Assembly: GCA_031459915.1 (NCBI GenBank)
Contig: JAVKHO010000013.1
Location: 24,104 to 88,103 of the forward strand
Source of the DNA: Candidatus Tepidifontimicrobium thermophilum
Lineage (GTDB): Bacteria > Sysuimicrobiota > Sysuimicrobiia > Sysuimicrobiales > Sysuimicrobiaceae
Direction of reading: 5' to 3'
Length of the DNA stretch: 64,000 nt
Positions 51,063 to 60,485 of this stretch are shown in pieces. How positions within the stretch are numbered: the stretch's first letter is position 1; each line of letters begins with the position of its first letter. Position numbers and translations under genes: made by a program. The notes below the pieces were generated by a model. The model was not told the DNA's origin, searched no databases, and was given only the letters and a program-made list of their open reading frames with translations.

Positions 51063-51833
51063 CTAAGCACCCACCATGCTCATTCCCCCGTCGCACAGCA
51101 GGAACGCGCCCGTGATGTGGCGGGCGTCGTCACTGGCCAGGAACACCACTGCCGGGACCACGTCCTCGGGTCTGGCGATGCGGCGCAGGGGAGTCTGGCG
51201 GAGGATTTCCTCCCGGCGCCCGGACCGCCAGTCCTCTCGCTGCAAGGTCGCCTCGGTCTCGATGAAGCCGGGCCCCACCGCGTTCACCCGCACGGTGGGG
51301 GCGAAGGCCCGGGCGTAGGACTTGGTCAGCCCGATGACGGCGTACTTGGCCGCCGCGTACTGCGGCGCGCGGGGGCTACCCGTGACTACCACCCGGGAGC
51401 CGATGTTCACGATGGACCCCGACCCTTGCTCCAGCATGCGGGACCCCACCTCGTGGATCATCAGCTGGGTGCCCTTCACGTCCACCAGCAGGATCCGGTC
51501 CACCACCTCCTCGCGCAGGTCCCGCCAGGACATCTGGTCCGCAGCCATGTCTCCCGCGTTGTTGACCAGCACATCCAGTCGGCCGAACCTCCGGAATACC
51601 TCGTCAGCCATCCGGCGGACGTCGTCCCACCGGGCGATGTCGCCCTGGACGGTGAAACTCTGGCGCCCCAACGCACGGATCGCCCGCGCAACCGCCTCCG
51701 CGCCCTCCGCGGACCGGCGGTAGTGTACCGCCACGTGGGCCCCCTCGCCCGCCAGACCCAGGGCGATGGCGCTGCCGAGTCCTCGCCCGGCCCCCGTCAC
51801 CAGCGCGAAGCGGCCCTCCAGACGTCCCGCCAC
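51063..51833 (-). CDS. SDR-family oxidoreductase
   Basis: TGAGRGLG, NNAG, YAAAK, NAVGPGFIET. Confidence 0.92.
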   Translation of the reverse strand: MAGRLEGRFALVTGAGRGLGSAIALGLAGEGAHVAVHYRRSAEGAEAVARAIRALGRQSFTVQGDIARWDDVRRMADEVFRRFGRLDVLVNNAGDMAADQMSWRDLREEVVDRILLVDVKGTQLMIHEVGSRMLEQGSGSIVNIGSRVVVTGSPRAPQYAAAKYAVIGLTKSYARAFAPTVRVNAVGPGFIETEATLQREDWRSGRREEILRQTPLRRIARPEDVVPAVVFLASDDARHITGAFLLCDGGMSMVGA

Positions 51834-51837
51834 GCCC

Positions 51838-52833
51838 TCACCGTCGCCCCAGCTCCCGCAGGGCGGCCTGCAGGTAGCTGAAGTCGAATACCCGCTCCAG
51901 CGGCAACGGCTCTCGGTACGTGAGGTAGCCGCGCCGCATGTAGAACCGCTGCTGGTCCTCCAGGGCCCGCAGGTCCACGGCCAGGTTGGGGTCCAGGTGG
52001 TGAGGCCGGGCGCGCCGCAGCAGCTCGATGCGGGCTCCCGTGTACTTGACCATGAGCTGCATGTTGTCCTCCCGCTGCCAGCCGTTGTTGAGGGCCAGGT
52101 CGCGGGCTGCCTTCAGGTGGGCCACCACGAACCGCTGGGCCGCCTGCGGGTTACGTTTGGCCCAGTCTGTGTTCAGGAACACGAAGGTGATGGGGATGGG
52201 ACGGGCCCCGGGCGGGATCCGCAAGGGCCGGACGCCCACGCCGCGGTCCTCCGCGATGGTGGGGAAGGGCTCGGACAGGATCCCGGCCCAGATGGCGCCC
52301 GTTTCCAGCGCCGGGACCATGTCCGGGAACGGCATGGTCTTCAGGTCCACGTCCTCGACCGCGATCCCGTCGGTGCGCAACGCCCGGTCCAGCATGTACT
52401 CCGTGGCGACCCCGCGGGCGTTGATGGCCACCGGCTTCCCGCGCAGCTGCGCGATCCGGTTGATCTCGCTGCCCCAGACGGCCCTGCGGACGGTGAAGTA
52501 GTTCTCGATGAACCCGCTGTGCAGCGGCGCCACGAACCTCACCGGGTGGCCCTGGGCCACGGCGTTGTACGCGGCCGCGCCCAGCGCGCCGCCGCCGACC
52601 TGGAGCTGCCCGATGGCCACCTGCGACAGGATCTCCGCTCCGCTGGGCAGCCGGACCAGCTCCACCTCGAACCCCTCCTGGGGCAGGTAGCGCTCCGCGG
52701 CGATGTACTGCGCCGCGTGGGAGTCCACGGGGATGTAGCCCATGCGGATCTTCCACCGCGCCGGCGCCGCGCGCAGGCCCGAGGCCAGCGCCAGCACCAC
52801 AGCCACGCCCACCAGCCACGCACTCCTCCTCAC
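51838..52833 (-). CDS. ABC substrate-binding protein (SsuA/NMT1/THI5-like)
   Basis: Signal peptide; YIAAERYLPQEGFEVEL, LRGKPVA, MVPALETG, SEPF. Confidence 0.85.
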   Translation of the reverse strand: MRRSAWLVGVAVVLALASGLRAAPARWKIRMGYIPVDSHAAQYIAAERYLPQEGFEVELVRLPSGAEILSQVAIGQLQVGGGALGAAAYNAVAQGHPVRFVAPLHSGFIENYFTVRRAVWGSEINRIAQLRGKPVAINARGVATEYMLDRALRTDGIAVEDVDLKTMPFPDMVPALETGAIWAGILSEPFPTIAEDRGVGVRPLRIPPGARPIPITFVFLNTDWAKRNPQAAQRFVVAHLKAARDLALNNGWQREDNMQLMVKYTGARIELLRRARPHHLDPNLAVDLRALEDQQRFYMRRGYLTYREPLPLERVFDFSYLQAALRELGRR

Positions 52834-52857
52834 GGTCCTCCCTCCTTCCCGGCCCGT

Positions 52858-54018
52858 TCAGGTCCGTCCCGCCACCAGGGCCCGAAACTCCTCGTCCGAG
52901 ACCAGCCCGCGCTTGCGGATGCTGAGCTCCTTCACCCGGGCCAGCAGGTCCCCCTGCGCCTCCTCCGGGACCTGCAGCCCCAGCTCCTCACACTTGATCC
53001 GGATGCTCGCCAGCCCGCTCTTCTTCCCCAGCACCAGCCGGCGCTTCGCCCCCACCACCTCCGCCGCGTACGGCTCGATGGCCTCCGGCACGTGGAACTG
53101 CATCGCCACCGCCCCCGTCTCCCGCCGGAACAGGTTCTCCCCCACCAGGGGCTTCCACGGCTCCACCTGGTAGCCCGCCACCTCCCGCAGCCTCCGCGAC
53201 AGCTCCTGCACCCGCTCCAGACGCAGCCCCACAGGCCTCCCGTACAGCCCCGCCAGCGCCAGCCCCACCTGGAACAGGTCCGCGTTCCCCGCCCGCTCCC
53301 CCATCCCGTCCACCGTCCCGTGCACCCAGCGCGCCCCCGCCTCCACCGCCGCCAGCGCCGTGGCTGTAGCTAGCCCGAAGTCGTTGTGCCCGTGGTAGTG
53401 CAGCGGCACCTGCGGCCCAAACCACTCCCCCACCTGCCGCACCAGATAGCCCGCCGCCGCCGGGCTCAGCACGCCTAGCGTGTCCACCACCACCAGCTCC
53501 TCCGCCCCCGCCTCCAGAGCCACCCGGTACGCCCTCCGCAAGAACTCCAAATCCGCCCTCGAGCCGTCCACCCCGAAAAACGCCACCTTCATCCCTTCCC
53601 GCGCCCCATACCCCACCGCCTGCTCGATGCGCCGCAGCACCTCTTCCCCGCTCAGCCCGAAAGCCCGCAGCTTCACCTCCGAAACCGGAGCCTCCACCAC
53701 CGTGCACCGCAGCCCCGCCCGCAGCACCGCCTCCACGTCCCCGACCAGCGCCCGCGCAAACCCCCACACCTCCGCCCGCAGTCCCAACCGCCCGATCCGC
53801 GCCGCCGCCTCCCAGTCCTCCTCCGACACCCGCGGAAACCCCGCCTCGATCCGGTCCACCCCCGCCTCGTCCAGCAACCGGGCCAGCTCCACCTTCTGGT
53901 CCGCGTCCAAAACCACCCCCACCGCCTGCTCGCCGTCCCGCAGGGTGGTGTCGTACAGCCCCACCGGGTGTCGGAGCTCCGGCAGCACGGTCTGGTTCAG
54001 CGTCCCCACCCAGAACAC
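52858..54018 (-). CDS. DRE-TIM enzyme, homocitrate/isopropylmalate-synthase-like, no regulatory domain
   Basis: DTTLRDGEQ, IEAGFP, DTLG, HGHNDFGLA, GMGERAGNA, LGKKSG; GTG 54018 after GAGGTGG (alternative 54030). Confidence 0.85.
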   Translation of the reverse strand: MFWVGTLNQTVLPELRHPVGLYDTTLRDGEQAVGVVLDADQKVELARLLDEAGVDRIEAGFPRVSEEDWEAAARIGRLGLRAEVWGFARALVGDVEAVLRAGLRCTVVEAPVSEVKLRAFGLSGEEVLRRIEQAVGYGAREGMKVAFFGVDGSRADLEFLRRAYRVALEAGAEELVVVDTLGVLSPAAAGYLVRQVGEWFGPQVPLHYHGHNDFGLATATALAAVEAGARWVHGTVDGMGERAGNADLFQVGLALAGLYGRPVGLRLERVQELSRRLREVAGYQVEPWKPLVGENLFRRETGAVAMQFHVPEAIEPYAAEVVGAKRRLVLGKKSGLASIRIKCEELGLQVPEEAQGDLLARVKELSIRKRGLVSDEEFRALVAGRT

Positions 54019-54026
54019 GGTCCACC

Positions 54027-54920
54027 TCACCAGCGCACGGGCGGGGGCGCCGGGCGGCCGTACGCCTCCTCCCACGAGACCACACGGTTTCGCAGCACCC
54101 CGATTCCCTCGATCTCCGCCTCCACCACGTCACCGGGCTTGAGGTAGTACGCCTGCGGGTCCTCGCGGAAGGCGGCGACCCCGGAAACCGTCCCCAGGGA
54201 CAACACGTCCCCCGCGGAGTAGCCCATGGGCGAGTAGTGGGCGATGACCTGGGGAATGGTCACCCACATGCGGGAGGTGGAGGAGCTCTGGCGGACCTGG
54301 CCGTTCACGCGCAGCTCCATGCGCAGGTTGTGGGGGTCGGGGATCTCGTCGGGCGTGACGATCCACGGCCCCAAGGGGCAGAAGGTGTCGATGGACTTGC
54401 AGAACGTGAACACCTTGGACTCCATCTCCCGGCGCTGGATGTCCCGAGCCGTGATGTCGTTGAAGACGACGTACCCGCCCACGTAGTCCCAGGCTTCCTC
54501 CGGGCCGAAGTGCTTGCCGCTCTTTCGGATCACGACCGCCAGTTCCAGCTCGTAGTCCAGCTCCCGGGTGAGGTGCTCGGGGTACACGATGGGGTCGCCG
54601 GGGCCGATGATGGCGTCCACGTTCTGGAAGAACACGATCCACGGGAGGATGGGCGCGACCCACCGGGACTTCTCGCCCTCCTCCGCGTGCTCGCGGAAGT
54701 TGCCCGCGGTGTGGAAGAACTTCTTCGGGAGGATGGGGGCCCGCAGGCGCACCGCCTCCAGGGGGAACCGCTCCCCCGAGGCCTCCCGGGCCCGCCGCAT
54801 TCCCTCCTCGCCCAGCTCGAACAGCGTGCGCATGTCCGGGACGTCCACCTCGACCACGGACCCGTCCCGGACCACGCCGACCCGTTGCCGGCCCGCGACC
54901 TCGAAGGTGACCAGCTTCAT
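54027..54920 (-). CDS. Fumarylacetoacetate-hydrolase-family protein
   Basis: MKLVTF, AGNFREH, DYELEL, NDITARD, KSIDTFCPLGPW, YLKPGDVVEAEIEGIGVLRN. Confidence 0.9.
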   Translation of the reverse strand: MKLVTFEVAGRQRVGVVRDGSVVEVDVPDMRTLFELGEEGMRRAREASGERFPLEAVRLRAPILPKKFFHTAGNFREHAEEGEKSRWVAPILPWIVFFQNVDAIIGPGDPIVYPEHLTRELDYELELAVVIRKSGKHFGPEEAWDYVGGYVVFNDITARDIQRREMESKVFTFCKSIDTFCPLGPWIVTPDEIPDPHNLRMELRVNGQVRQSSSTSRMWVTIPQVIAHYSPMGYSAGDVLSLGTVSGVAAFREDPQAYYLKPGDVVEAEIEGIGVLRNRVVSWEEAYGRPAPPPVRW

Positions 54921-55606
54921 CCCCGACCTCCTGCCTTCAGGGTCGCCAACTTCGCCCGGACCACTTCCACCGTACGGCTCAGGTGCTCCGCCAGCTGCTT
55001 CCGGGCGCGCAGCCCGTCCCCGCGCAAACACGCATCCAGGATGCGTTGGTGCTCCTGCCGCCGCTGCCGCGGGTTGCCGCGGTCGGCCACGGACAGCACC
55101 CGGTACCGTTCCGCGGCATCCAAAAGGGGCGGGATCAGGCGGTCCAGGGTCGGGGAGCCCGCCAGAGCGTACAGCTCCAGGTGGAAGCGGCGGTGCAGCT
55201 CGCGCCCCACTCGCACCTGCCCGGTCTCGTATGCCTCCACGAACTCGTCCAGGAGCCTGGAAAGCCTGCGGTGGTGCTCCTCGGTGAAGCGCTGGCAGGC
55301 GAGCTGGATCGCCAGCCCCTCCAGCTCGATGCGCACGCGGTAAAGGTCTTCCATGTCCTGTACCGACAGGGGCGCGACCACGGCGCCCTTCTGGGCTTCC
55401 CGGGTCACCAACCCCTCCTGGTGCAGCCGGTGAAGGGCTTCCCGGACCGGGATCACGCTCATCCCGAGGCGGTGCGCCAGCTCCCGCAGCCGGAGGGGAG
55501 TACCCGGAGGCAGCTGGCCGGTGAGGATGTCTTCCCGCAGGGCAAGCCACGCCAGCTCCGCCAGGCTGCGGGGCAAAGTGGCGGTCGCGGGGCTTGTGCT
55601 CTGCAC
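54917..55606 (-). CDS. GntR-family regulator with FCD domain
   Basis: LREDILTGQLPPG, LGMSVIPVREAL, RIELE, HRRFH, EHQRILDA, EHL. Confidence 0.9.
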   Translation of the reverse strand: MQSTSPATATLPRSLAELAWLALREDILTGQLPPGTPLRLRELAHRLGMSVIPVREALHRLHQEGLVTREAQKGAVVAPLSVQDMEDLYRVRIELEGLAIQLACQRFTEEHHRRLSRLLDEFVEAYETGQVRVGRELHRRFHLELYALAGSPTLDRLIPPLLDAAERYRVLSVADRGNPRQRRQEHQRILDACLRGDGLRARKQLAEHLSRTVEVVRAKLATLKAGGRG

Positions 55607-55608
55607 GG

Positions 55609-55645
55609 CGTTATCACTTATAACGTATAACGAAAGACGCGTCAA
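55609..55645 (-). promoter_or_regulatory. Promoter and overlapping candidate GntR operator
   Basis: Minus strand TTGACG-N17-TATAAG; inverted repeat CGTTAT-N5-ATAACG (55609-55625) plus a tandem TATAACG copy (to 55632); AT-rich patch in very GC-rich DNA. Confidence 0.72.
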
Positions 55646-55676
55646 CGCTGGCCGCCTTCGGCAGGTGCGGGAACCG

Positions 55677-57371
55677 TCAGCAGCCCAAAAGCTCCCTCGC
55701 GTGGCGCCGGGCCGTCTCCGTCGGGCTAGGGCCCGAGAGCATGCGGGCGATCTCCTCCACCCGGGCCTCCCGGTCGAGGACCTCCACCACCGTCCGCGTC
55801 CTCCCCCGCTCGGTCACCTTGCGGATCGCCAGGTGGTGGTGGCCGAGGGCGGCGATCTGGGGCAGGTGGGTGACGCACAGGACCTGGCACACGCCGGCCA
55901 GCTCGCTCAGCTTGGCGCCGATCACGTGGCCGGTGCGGCCTCCCACGCCTGAGTCCACCTCGTCGAACACCATCACCGCGGGCGGGTCAGCCCTGGCCAG
56001 CACTGTCCGCAGGGCCAGCATCACCCGCGACAGCTCGCCACCGGAAGCCACTCTGTGGAGCGGCCGCGGGGGCTCGCCCGGGTTGGTGGACAGCAGGAAC
56101 TCCACGCGGTCTGCGCCCCACGCCGCCACGCCGACCCGCCGGCCGCCCACCGGCAGACCGTCGGGGTCTTCGTCCACGTCCAGCCGCACCCGGAACCGCG
56201 CCCCGGGCATCGCCAGGTCCTGCAGGTGCTGCAGGATGGCCTTCTCCAGGCGGCGAGCGGCCGCGGACCGTGCCGCTGACAGGTCCCGGACCGCGGAGGC
56301 CAGTTCGGCTTCCACGGTAGCTACCTGCTGCTCCAGCTCCGCCCTCCTGCTGTCCGCGTTCTCCAGCGCCGCTAGCTCCCGGGCCGCCGTTTCCCGGAAG
56401 TCCAGCACCGCCTCCACGGTATCCCCGTACTTGCGCAGCAGGGCCCTCAGGGCGGCCAGGCGGCTCTCAACCTCCTCCAGCCGCACGGGGTCGCTTTCCG
56501 CGCGCTCGACCGCCGCGTGCACCTCCCGGGCGAGGTCGCGCAGCTGAGCCTCCGCGGACTCCAGGGCCTCCACCAGCGGCAGCAGCGCAGGATCCCAACT
56601 TGCCGCCTGCCGCAGTAGGACCACCGCCCGGCCCACGCGGTCGGCGGCGGCCCCCTCGTCCCCGTACAGCGCCTGGTAGGCCGCTGCCACGGACTCCCGC
56701 AGCCGTTCCGCGTTCACCATGCGGGTCCGTAAGCCCACCAGCTCCTCCAGTTCACCGGGCCGCGGCCGGACCGAGTCGATCTCCGAGATCTGAAACCTCA
56801 GCAGGTCCACCCGCTGCGCCCGCTCCCGCTCGCCCACGTCCAGGGCCCGAAGCTCCGACCGCAGTTGGCGCCAGCGGCCGAACAGCTCCTCCGTCCGGGC
56901 CCGCAGGGAGAGAAGGTCCCCTCCGCCGAACGCGTCCAGCAGCTCCCGGTGGGACGCAGGTTCCAGCAGCCGCTGCCCTTCGTGCTGGCCGTGGATCTCC
57001 GCCAGCAAGGTCCCCAGCCTGCGCAGGACCCCCACGGTGGTGGGCTGGCCGTTGACGTACGCCCGCGCGCGTCCACCGATCTCCCGGACCAAGACCAGGG
57101 CCCCGTCCTCCCACGGGAGCCCCAGTTCGTCCACCGCGGACCGTAGCTGCGGGACGGACGCCGCCTCGAACACCGCCACGACCCGGGCGGAGCTGGCGCC
57201 CGTCCGCACCACGTCGGAGGGCGTCCGCTGGCCCAGCACTGCCCCGAGGGCGTCCACGAGCATGGACTTTCCGGCCCCCGTCTCGCCCGTCAGGACGTTC
57301 AGCCCCGGCCCGAACTCCACCTGGACGTCGTCCAGCAGGACGAAGTCGCGCACGTGCAGCTCCCGCAGCAC
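55677..57371 (-). CDS. recN: DNA repair protein RecN
   Basis: LTGETGAGKS, IHGQH, ASGGELSR, FDEVDSGVGG, VTHLPQIAA. Confidence 0.96.
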   Translation of the reverse strand: MLRELHVRDFVLLDDVQVEFGPGLNVLTGETGAGKSMLVDALGAVLGQRTPSDVVRTGASSARVVAVFEAASVPQLRSAVDELGLPWEDGALVLVREIGGRARAYVNGQPTTVGVLRRLGTLLAEIHGQHEGQRLLEPASHRELLDAFGGGDLLSLRARTEELFGRWRQLRSELRALDVGERERAQRVDLLRFQISEIDSVRPRPGELEELVGLRTRMVNAERLRESVAAAYQALYGDEGAAADRVGRAVVLLRQAASWDPALLPLVEALESAEAQLRDLAREVHAAVERAESDPVRLEEVESRLAALRALLRKYGDTVEAVLDFRETAARELAALENADSRRAELEQQVATVEAELASAVRDLSAARSAAARRLEKAILQHLQDLAMPGARFRVRLDVDEDPDGLPVGGRRVGVAAWGADRVEFLLSTNPGEPPRPLHRVASGGELSRVMLALRTVLARADPPAVMVFDEVDSGVGGRTGHVIGAKLSELAGVCQVLCVTHLPQIAALGHHHLAIRKVTERGRTRTVVEVLDREARVEEIARMLSGPSPTETARRHARELLGC

Positions 57372-57374
57372 GGC

Positions 57375-58244
57375 CTACCGTTCACCCCAGGCGAACTTCC
57401 GTCTCAACAGCTCGTAGAAGGAGGGGGTCTTCAACCGCACCAGCCGCGCCCGCTCCTCCGCCCTGCGCACCTGCACCACGTCCCCGCCCCGGAGCGGGCA
57501 GCCCACCTGTCCGTCTACCGTGAGCAGCACGCCTTCCACCCCCGAGGCCACCTCCACGGTGGCCACGTCGTCCGCGTCCACCACCACAGGCCGGGCGGTC
57601 AGGGTGTGCGGGCAGATGGGCGTGATCACCATCGCACGCACCCCCGGACTGAGGATGGGGCCTCCCGCCGACAGGTTGTACGCGGTGGAGCCCGTGGGGG
57701 TGGAGAGGATGAGCCCGTCCGCCAGGTACGTGGCCAGGTGCTCCCCGTTCACGCACACGCGGAGGGGCATCAGCCGCGCGTAACCGCTCTTGGTCACCAC
57801 CATGTCGTTGAGGGCCAGGAACCGCTCCGCCACCTCGCCTGAGCGCACCACCTCCGCGGCCAGCATCATGCGCTCCTCCACCGCGTGGCGGCCCGCCACC
57901 AGCCGCTCCAGGGCCTCGGGGAGTTCCTGGAGACCTACTTCCGCCAGGAAGCCGAACCCGCCTACGTTCACCCCCAGCACCGGGACGCCGCGGACTGCGC
58001 CGGCCCGGGCCGCCCGAAGGATGGTACCGTCCCCGCCCACCACCACCAGGGCGTCCGACGACTCCGCCAGCTCCTGCTCGGAGGCCGACAGCTCCTCCAG
58101 CCTCACTGCCCGCGCGCCGTCGGCGTTCACCCGCACGACCAGGCCGTGCCGGAGGAGGATGGAGACCGCCTCGCGCACCCGCACCGTCACCTGCGGGTCC
58201 TGTACCGCTTTCTCTGGGTTCACCACCACGCCCACCGTCCGCAC
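57375..58244 (-). CDS. nadK: NAD(+) kinase
   Basis: GGDGT, GFL, LND, DGLILSTPTGSTAYNLSAGGP, DGQ. Confidence 0.96.
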   Translation of the reverse strand: MRTVGVVVNPEKAVQDPQVTVRVREAVSILLRHGLVVRVNADGARAVRLEELSASEQELAESSDALVVVGGDGTILRAARAGAVRGVPVLGVNVGGFGFLAEVGLQELPEALERLVAGRHAVEERMMLAAEVVRSGEVAERFLALNDMVVTKSGYARLMPLRVCVNGEHLATYLADGLILSTPTGSTAYNLSAGGPILSPGVRAMVITPICPHTLTARPVVVDADDVATVEVASGVEGVLLTVDGQVGCPLRGGDVVQVRRAEERARLVRLKTPSFYELLRRKFAWGER

Positions 58245-58247
58245 CGT

Positions 58248-59111
58248 CTACTCCTCCACCGGAGCCGCGTGCGCCTCAGCTACCGCGCGGTCGATCCCCG
58301 CCTCGTCCAGGGCCCGTGGAGCGCCCTTGCGCAGCAGCAGCAGGAATTCCACGTTGCCCCGGTCTCCGCGGATGGGGGAAGGCATCACGTCCTGCGCGCC
58401 GAGACCGTACGCTTCCAGCCCCCACGCCACCTTCCGGACCACCTGCCGGTGGACCTCTGGGTCCCGTACCACGCCCCGCCGCGCCACGCCCCGTCCTGCC
58501 TCGAAGGGCGGCTTGACCAGCGCCACCACGGACGCATCAGCTCGCAAAAGCGGCACCACCGGCGGCAGCGCCTGCAGCAGCGAGATGAACGACACGTCCG
58601 CGCAGGCGAAGTCCACGGGCTCCGGCACCAGGTGCGGGCCCAGGAATTTCGCGTGGGTCCGCTCCAGCACCACCACCCGCGGATCTGCCCGGAGCTTCGG
58701 GTGCAGCTGGCCCCTGCCCACGTCCACCGCGTACACCTTGCGTGCGCCGTGCTGCAGCAGGCAGTCGGTAAACCCGCCCGTGCCCGCCCCCAGGTCCAGA
58801 GCCACCACACCCCGCACGTCCAGCCCGAACCGCCGCAGTGCGGCTTCCAGCTTCAGCCCGCCACGGCTCACGTACGGGTGCTCGGGAGCTACCACCTCCA
58901 CGGCGGCGTCCTCACGCACCTGGGTGCCCGGCTTGTCCACCCGCTCGCCGTCCACCCGCACGAGACCCGCCAGGATCACCGCCTGGGCCCGCTCGCGACT
59001 GGGTGCGAGTCCCCGCTCCACCAACAACACGTCCAGTCGGCGCTTCTTTTTCGCGCCGCCACGCTCCTGCGCCTGCCCGGCAGGTCCCCCCTCGCGCACC
59101 CCTGCGCGCAC
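58248..59111 (-). CDS. tlyA: TlyA-family rRNA 2'-O-methyltransferase
   Basis: RLDVLLVERGL (S4 domain), YVSRGGLKL, GTGGFTD, DVSFISL, KPPFE, GNVEF; exact start uncertain. Confidence 0.93.
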   Translation of the reverse strand: MRAGVREGGPAGQAQERGGAKKKRRLDVLLVERGLAPSRERAQAVILAGLVRVDGERVDKPGTQVREDAAVEVVAPEHPYVSRGGLKLEAALRRFGLDVRGVVALDLGAGTGGFTDCLLQHGARKVYAVDVGRGQLHPKLRADPRVVVLERTHAKFLGPHLVPEPVDFACADVSFISLLQALPPVVPLLRADASVVALVKPPFEAGRGVARRGVVRDPEVHRQVVRKVAWGLEAYGLGAQDVMPSPIRGDRGNVEFLLLLRKGAPRALDEAGIDRAVAEAHAAPVEE

Positions 59112-59113
59112 CG

Positions 59114-59959
59114 CTACCGCTCGCGCTCCACCACAAACTGGGCGAGCTCCGCCAGCAGCCCGCCCCTGGGTCCCAGGGGCCGTAGGGCCGCCACGGCCGC
59201 CTCAGCCTCCTCCCGTGCCATCTGACGGGACCGCTCCAGGCCGAAGACTTTTGGGTAGGTGGCCTTGGACGAAGCTTCGTCGGTGCCCGTGCGCTTGCCG
59301 AGTTTCTCCGCCTCGCCCACCACGTCCAGGACGTCGTCGGTGATCTGGAACGCCAGCCCGAGGTGCTCGCCGTAAGCGGTAAGGCACACGAGGTCTTCCT
59401 CCCCCCCGCTCAGCAACGGCCCCACCCTGGCGCACGCCCGGATCAGGCATCCCGTCTTCCTCCGGTGGATCTCCGGGACCCAGTCAGCGGGGACCTGCCC
59501 CCGTTCGGCCAGCAGGTCCAGGACCTGACCTCCCACCATGCCCTGCGTCCCCAACGCCGCCGCCAGGTCCAAGACCACCCGCAGCACCCGGTCCGGTGGG
59601 CCCAGGCGGTCTGAGGCGGCCAGGATCCACTGGAAGGCCAGGTCGTGAAGGGCGTCCCCAGCCAGAATGGCGACCGCTTCCCCGTAGCGGACGTGGCACG
59701 TGGGGCGGCCCCGGCGCCAGTCCGCGTTGTCCATGCTGGGCAGGTCGTCGTGGATCAGGGAGTAGGTGTGGACTGCCTCCACCGCGCAGGCCACCGGGAG
59801 TACGGCGTCTGCGTCCAGGCCGCAGGCCTGCGCGGAGGCCAGCACCAGCGCGGGGCGGAAGCGTTTGCCGCCCGCGAACACGCTGTACCGGACTGCTTCG
59901 TGCAGGAGCCGTGGTTCCTGGTCCGCGGGCGGCAGCAAGCGGTCCAGGGCCGCGTCCAC
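59114..59959 (-). CDS. ispA: Polyprenyl (farnesyl/geranylgeranyl) diphosphate synthase
   Basis: GGKRFRP, HDDLPSMDN...RRG, GQVLD, KTG, FQITDDVLD, KATYP; the N-terminus probably extends to about 60007 (see findings). Confidence 0.92.
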   Translation of the reverse strand: MDAALDRLLPPADQEPRLLHEAVRYSVFAGGKRFRPALVLASAQACGLDADAVLPVACAVEAVHTYSLIHDDLPSMDNADWRRGRPTCHVRYGEAVAILAGDALHDLAFQWILAASDRLGPPDRVLRVVLDLAAALGTQGMVGGQVLDLLAERGQVPADWVPEIHRRKTGCLIRACARVGPLLSGGEEDLVCLTAYGEHLGLAFQITDDVLDVVGEAEKLGKRTGTDEASSKATYPKVFGLERSRQMAREEAEAAVAALRPLGPRGGLLAELAQFVVERER

Positions 59960-60093
59960 CTGCTGCCCGGCCTGCTCCAGAAAGGCCTCGACCCGGGAAC
60001 CGATCAGTCCAACCTCCCGGTTTCCGCCTGCGGCGGCCGCACCGTCACGCGCCTCAGGAGGCCAAGCGTGCGCTCACGCAAAGCAGAAGGCGC

Positions 60094-60399
60094 CTACGAG
60101 TACCGGATCCGGAACTCCCGCTCACCCAGGGGCTGCTCCCACTGCAGCTCCACGCCGGTCACCACCGCGCTGCGGGGTCCCCGACGGACGGCGTCCAGGA
60201 AGTCTCGCACCGCCTCCTCCGGCCCTTCCGCGACCACCTCCAGGCGGCCGTCGGGCAGGTTGCGGGCGTAGCCGCCCACCCCCAGACGCCCCGCCCACTC
60301 CTCCGCGTAGAACCGGAAGCCCACGCCCTGGACCCGGCCGGAGAGCACCGCCCGGGCCCGCACCGTCCGCCCTCCGCGCACCGGAGACTCCCGCGACAT
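60094..60399 (-). CDS. acyP: Acylphosphatase
   Basis: SGRVQGVGFR, GYARNLPDGRLEV, GP. Confidence 0.92.
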   Translation of the reverse strand: MSRESPVRGGRTVRARAVLSGRVQGVGFRFYAEEWAGRLGVGGYARNLPDGRLEVVAEGPEEAVRDFLDAVRRGPRSAVVTGVELQWEQPLGEREFRIRYS

Positions 60400-60485
60400 C
60401 CCGCAGGCCTCCCCGCCTACGTTAGCACCGCTTCCCCGGGCTGCGTAGACCGCCCCAGCCCGCCTCCGGCCTTCCGCCAGCTCGT

